DNA of 38,602 bases, from contig CACYCQ010000168.1 of NCBI GenBank assembly GCA_902772995.1, forward strand, positions 1 through 38,602, given 5' to 3'. The notes beneath the pieces were generated by a model. The model was not told where the DNA came from, made no database searches, and was given only the letters and a program-made list of their open reading frames with translations. A program made the translations under genes and the position numbers. The DNA is from an uncultured Eubacteriales bacterium. GTDB lineage: Bacteria; Bacillota; Clostridia; Christensenellales; Aristaeellaceae. Below, in pieces: positions 35,213 through 38,602 of this stretch (positions are counted from its first letter, which is position 1; every line of letters starts with the position of its first letter).

Positions 35213-36193
35213 ATGAAAAACGAATATTGTTCAACCTTTATTCCAGGACTTGAGGACATGGTCGCCCAGGCAATGCGCAGGGCGGGCGGCGTCAGTGTGG
35301 AACAAATCGGCCGGGGTTACTGCATATACCGTTCGGTGAAGGAGCCCCAGCTGCCCTTCATGCACCGCAGTTTCCTGCTGCTGCAGCGACTGCGCCGGGA
35401 AAAGGACGTGGATTCCGCCCTGAAACGTATCCTGAACGACGACAGCTGGATGGACCGCCTGCCCTTTGAACAGGCGGCCGGAAAAACCTTCCGGCTCACC
35501 GCACATGAAAACGGCACTCCCGTGTCCGCCGGCATGAAGACCGTGTACCTGATTGAAAACCGGGTATGCGAGCAAACCGGCATGCGCGTAAATCGCGACC
35601 GGCCTGCCGTGGAAATCTGGGTGGATCTGCGGGAGGATGCAACACTTTTGCTATGGTACAGCGCGCATCGAAAGGAAAAGGAGAGCGATCTGCTGCGGCG
35701 GGACCTGTGCGAGCTGATGGCCGCTTGTATGCCCGTTTCCGGCAGGAGCACCGCCGTCATCGGCTGCACGGGGGAGAATCTCCCCCGTGCGCTGAAGACG
35801 GCAGGTGCCCGGAAAGTGATCTGCGTCTTCTATGACCGCGGCGCCCGGGAAAGGATGATGCACTCCGCCCAGGAACGTCTTGTGGCTCTGCCCGGTCCAG
35901 TCAGCGATACGGGCATCCCGGACGGCGGAATGCAGGTGGTGTTTTTCCTGATTCCCACCAAATCCTCAGAGCGTCTGGATGAATCTGACATCCGGGGCGG
36001 TTTCCGTGAATCTCTGAGGATTCTGGAAAACGGTGGCCTGATGATGACCCTGCTGCCTGCGCGGCTGCGGGAGGAATCCCGGCGCCGCCTGCCCGGCTGC
36101 CGCCGCGTGCAGTACCACCCTCTGCTCCTTGGCGGAGAAGAGTATGAACTCTCGCTCCTAGAGCGGGAAACTGAAGAGAGTGGACACGAATGA
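35213..36193 (+). CDS. Hypothetical protein, THUMP/class-I methyltransferase-like layout with a degenerate SAM motif (tentative)
   Basis: The N-terminus STFIPGLEDMVAQAM and FRLTAHENG...AVEIWVDL resemble THUMP-methylase N-domains. The expected DPxCGSG motif reads VIGCTGEN. I prefer the ATG at 35213 over the track start at 35168, which overlaps the Nudix gene. Confidence 0.45.
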   Translation: MKNEYCSTFIPGLEDMVAQAMRRAGGVSVEQIGRGYCIYRSVKEPQLPFMHRSFLLLQRLRREKDVDSALKRILNDDSWMDRLPFEQAAGKTFRLTAHENGTPVSAGMKTVYLIENRVCEQTGMRVNRDRPAVEIWVDLREDATLLLWYSAHRKEKESDLLRRDLCELMAACMPVSGRSTAVIGCTGENLPRALKTAGARKVICVFYDRGARERMMHSAQERLVALPGPVSDTGIPDGGMQVVFFLIPTKSSERLDESDIRGGFRESLRILENGGLMMTLLPARLREESRRRLPGCRRVQYHPLLLGGEEYELSLLERETEESGHE

Positions 36194-37503
36194 CCACAAA
36201 AAGACCCTCGGCCGGCCGGAAAAAGCCGGATATGGGACCGGTCAGAAAAAAGTCCTCCGCCGGAAAGAAGGCTCCCCGCCGCGGCCAGGTCCGTCCAACG
36301 AAGCGGCGGGGGAGACGGGTGAGGATCGGCCTGATCCTCATCCCTCTGCTGCTGGTCATGTGCGTGCTCATCGGGGTATACGCCGTGCGGAGGATCGTGA
36401 GCAGCAACGCGACCACCGCCCGGGTCCAGGAGAGCACGATGGGCAACATCTATACCGGAACGCTGGTCATTGCCCGCAATGAGACCCTGCGTGAGTCTGA
36501 AAGCAACACCACCATCGACTTTATCGCCGCAGAGGGAAGTCATCTGCGGCGCAATGACCCCATCTGCCGGGTGTATTCAAGCGGCTACAACCAGACAGAG
36601 ATCAACCGTCTCAACAGCTACCGGGAGCAGATCCAGAATTTCCACGAGAACCAGGTCTTTTCCAAATACGTGGATGCGGAGCTGGACAGCGAGAACAAGG
36701 AGATTGCTGAACTGGCGGTGCAGGTTCGCACCCTGGTGCGCGGCAGAGGCGTCGGTTCACTGACCAACCTCGAAAAGAGCATCTCTTCGCTGCTCAGCGC
36801 CCGCAGGAGCTACCTCAAGCAGCAGTATCCGGATGACCAGAACCTTTCAGAAATGTACAAGGTGGAAAACGACCAGATGAAGAAAATCGAAAGCTGGACC
36901 ACCACCTACACCGCTGCGGAGGACTGCATGGTCTCCTTCTATACGGATGGCTATGAAAAGTTCATCAACGCCAACACCTTCGGCACGCTGACTCCCCAGG
37001 ACATTCATCAGGTGATCCGCGGTGTGCTCCCGGAGCAGTCTGCCGTGTCCAGAGGCAACAAGCCTATCTACCGCACGGTGCTCGAGGATGAATGGTTCGC
37101 CCTTTTCCTGTGTCAGGACCGCGACTGGAATCCGGTGGTCGGAGAACAATACCAGGTGCAGCTGGAGGGATTTGAGGGCTATACCGTGTCCGGACGGGTG
37201 GATTCCTTTACCCGCATCGGGGCTGACCTGCTGCTGCGCATGCGGGTGACCCAAAGCGTGGCCCCGGTGCTCAACATCCGCACCTGCAAGGCTGCAGTGG
37301 GAGATTTTCTGGCCGGCTTCTATGTGCCCATCAAAGCCCTTTACGGCATGGAGAACATGATCGGCGTGGTCGTGGTGGAGGAAGGCGTACAAACCTTCGT
37401 GGAGGTCACGGTGGTTTCGTATCCGGATTCGGAAACCGCCTTTGTCCGCCCGAAGCTTCAGGGATCCCCCCTGAAGGAAGGAAAAACCGTCCGCCTGTTC
37501 TGA
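36190..37503 (+). CDS. HlyD/membrane-fusion-protein-like protein with a polybasic cytoplasmic tail and a single TM helix
   Basis: N-terminal ~47 aa are very K/R rich, followed by the TM helix IGLILIPLLLVMCVLIGVYAV. Lipoyl-like hairpin IDFIAAEGSHLRRNDPICRVYS, coiled-coil segment, and a beta-rich C-terminus. ATGA overlap with the upstream gene. No transporter partner is adjacent. Confidence 0.5.
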   Translation: MTTKRPSAGRKKPDMGPVRKKSSAGKKAPRRGQVRPTKRRGRRVRIGLILIPLLLVMCVLIGVYAVRRIVSSNATTARVQESTMGNIYTGTLVIARNETLRESESNTTIDFIAAEGSHLRRNDPICRVYSSGYNQTEINRLNSYREQIQNFHENQVFSKYVDAELDSENKEIAELAVQVRTLVRGRGVGSLTNLEKSISSLLSARRSYLKQQYPDDQNLSEMYKVENDQMKKIESWTTTYTAAEDCMVSFYTDGYEKFINANTFGTLTPQDIHQVIRGVLPEQSAVSRGNKPIYRTVLEDEWFALFLCQDRDWNPVVGEQYQVQLEGFEGYTVSGRVDSFTRIGADLLLRMRVTQSVAPVLNIRTCKAAVGDFLAGFYVPIKALYGMENMIGVVVVEEGVQTFVEVTVVSYPDSETAFVRPKLQGSPLKEGKTVRLF

Positions 37504-37529
37504 CAAACCTGAGAAAGCAGGAATATGCA

Positions 37530-38225
37530 ATGGAACTGATGAAGGAAAGAATTGACCTGCTCCGCAACAACCTGAAATCCGCCGCAGAGGCTGGCGGATA
37601 TCCGGTCCCTGCCATCATTGCCGTCAGCAAGACAGTGGAGCCCGAACGCATCAATCCGGTGTTTTCCCTGGGACTGACCCATCTGGGAGAAAACCGGGTC
37701 CAGGAAATTGTCCGGAAACTCCCGGAACTGGATGCCCGTTTCAAAATTGATTTGATCGGACAGTTGCAAATCAACAAGGTCAACCGTATAATAGATAAAG
37801 TTGCGTGCATACAATCCCTTGACAGGATGGAACTCGCTCAGGAAATCGATCGGCGGGCACAGCAGCACGGACTCCGGATGCCGGTACTCATTGAGGTCAA
37901 CATCGGCGGAGAAACGCAGAAAAGCGGAATCGATCCGGAAATGACCCTGACCTTTGCCAGATATGCAGCATCCCTTCCCGGCCTGCAGGTCCGGGGACTG
38001 ATGACAGTCCTTCCTGATTTTGAGGACAAGGAAGACTGCCGTCCCCTGATGAGACGGATGCGCAGCCTGTTTGAGCAGCTTCAAGCCGAGGCGATTCAAG
38101 GGACACTCATTGACCAGCTGTCCATGGGCATGTCAGGAGACTATATGCAGGCCGCCCGGGAAGGAAGCACCCATGTCCGGATCGGATCGGCGATCTTTGG
38201 CGCGCGTGCAGCCGTGCAACAATAG
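37530..38225 (+). CDS. yggS: YggS/YlmE-family PLP-binding protein
   Basis: PLP lysine context IIAVSKT, HLGENRVQE, LSMGMSGDY, VRIGSAIFG. Confidence 0.9.
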   Translation: MELMKERIDLLRNNLKSAAEAGGYPVPAIIAVSKTVEPERINPVFSLGLTHLGENRVQEIVRKLPELDARFKIDLIGQLQINKVNRIIDKVACIQSLDRMELAQEIDRRAQQHGLRMPVLIEVNIGGETQKSGIDPEMTLTFARYAASLPGLQVRGLMTVLPDFEDKEDCRPLMRRMRSLFEQLQAEAIQGTLIDQLSMGMSGDYMQAAREGSTHVRIGSAIFGARAAVQQ

Positions 38226-38240
38226 AAGGGAAGTTACAGG

Positions 38241-38602
38241 ATGGATTTTTTCAGAAATCTGATTGAAAGCCTCGGGTTCTCCGGTTCCAGACAGGATGAC
38301 CGGAATGCGTACGAGGATGAGAATACAGAGGATGAATATCCAGATGACGAGTACGAGGACGACGAGGAGGAAGAGGAGGAGGAAGATGCGCGGCCGATCA
38401 AGCCTTTCGGCCACACCAAGAGTCCGCACTCCACACCCCAGCCCTCCGGCACGGACAGAGATTCCGGCAATATCTCTTCCTTTCCGCAGCAGCCCCAGCG
38501 TTCTGCCGCCACTTTGCGTCAGCGTATTGTTTCCGTCCGGCAGATTGACGAGTGCCGGGATATCATCAAGTGCATGGTTCATGGGGAGACGATTCTCCTG
38601 AA
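38241..38602 (+). CDS. sepF: Cell division protein SepF, 5' part (runs off the right edge; not in the ORF track)
   Basis: Hand translation has no stop to the window end: MDFFRNLIESLGFSGS..., acidic linker EDENTEDEYPDDEYEDDEEEEEEED, then IVSVRQIDECRDIIKCMVHGETILL. That last stretch matches the start of the SepF core (compare the pattern IVV..P.sfeDa..I.d.lk.g..Vi.NL). It lies directly downstream of yggS, as in the ylmE-sepF arrangement. Confidence 0.75.
   Translation, partial: MDFFRNLIESLGFSGSRQDDRNAYEDENTEDEYPDDEYEDDEEEEEEEDARPIKPFGHTKSPHSTPQPSGTDRDSGNISSFPQQPQRSAATLRQRIVSVRQIDECRDIIKCMVHGETILL

Noticed and set aside
38313-38390. GAG/GAC/GAA-rich run as a microsatellite or non-coding repeat
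   Set aside because: It is in frame within sepF and encodes the acidic linker. The codons are imperfectly repeated and there is no unit periodicity beyond 3 nt.
1-38602. Mobile elements, CRISPR arrays, tRNA/rRNA genes, toxin-antitoxin or known defence systems
   Set aside because: I found no transposase, integrase or phage-like ORF, no regularly spaced short repeats, no tRNA T-arm (GGTTCGAATCC-type) signature in intergenic regions, and no small two-gene cassettes with TA-like features. The window reads as core chromosome.

Overview
This is a high-GC Firmicutes/Clostridia-type chromosomal segment (taxon is my inference). It is almost entirely coding and mostly housekeeping. Left to right: the 3' end of an rnf operon (rnfG partial, rnfE, rnfA, rnfB), a rubredoxin ORF too short for the ORF track, and a GltD-like Fe-S flavoprotein. 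Next come nifS-type cysteine desulfurase, hflX, two M15B/VanY-like peptidases and galE. A YesN-like protein lacking the phospho-acceptor Asp precedes the phoH-pgpH(yqfF)-ybeY-cdd-era block. A ~700 bp non-coding gap follows, then a convergent two-gene locus (tandem BcrAD/BadFG-type activase fused to DUF2229, plus an HgdB-like partner). After that: ybaB-recR, a polytopic membrane protein, a SpoU/TrmH methyltransferase, plsX-acpP-rnc-smc-ftsY, a small membrane-anchored hypothetical, dus, a flavodiiron protein, a Nudix hydrolase, a THUMP/methyltransferase-like protein, an orphan HlyD-like protein, yggS, and the 5' part of sepF running off the right edge (also absent from the track). I recognised no rRNA, tRNA, CRISPR array, IS element or prophage gene. 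The best candidates for undescribed biology are: (1) the activase/dehydratase-like redox pair at 17.0-21.3 kb with its long orphan upstream region; (2) an exact JAMM/MPN metalloprotease motif in the N-terminal extension of HflX; (3) the pseudo-receiver protein upstream of phoH; (4) the tandemly duplicated FMN-binding module in RnfG. All function calls come from reading motifs by eye; no database search was run.
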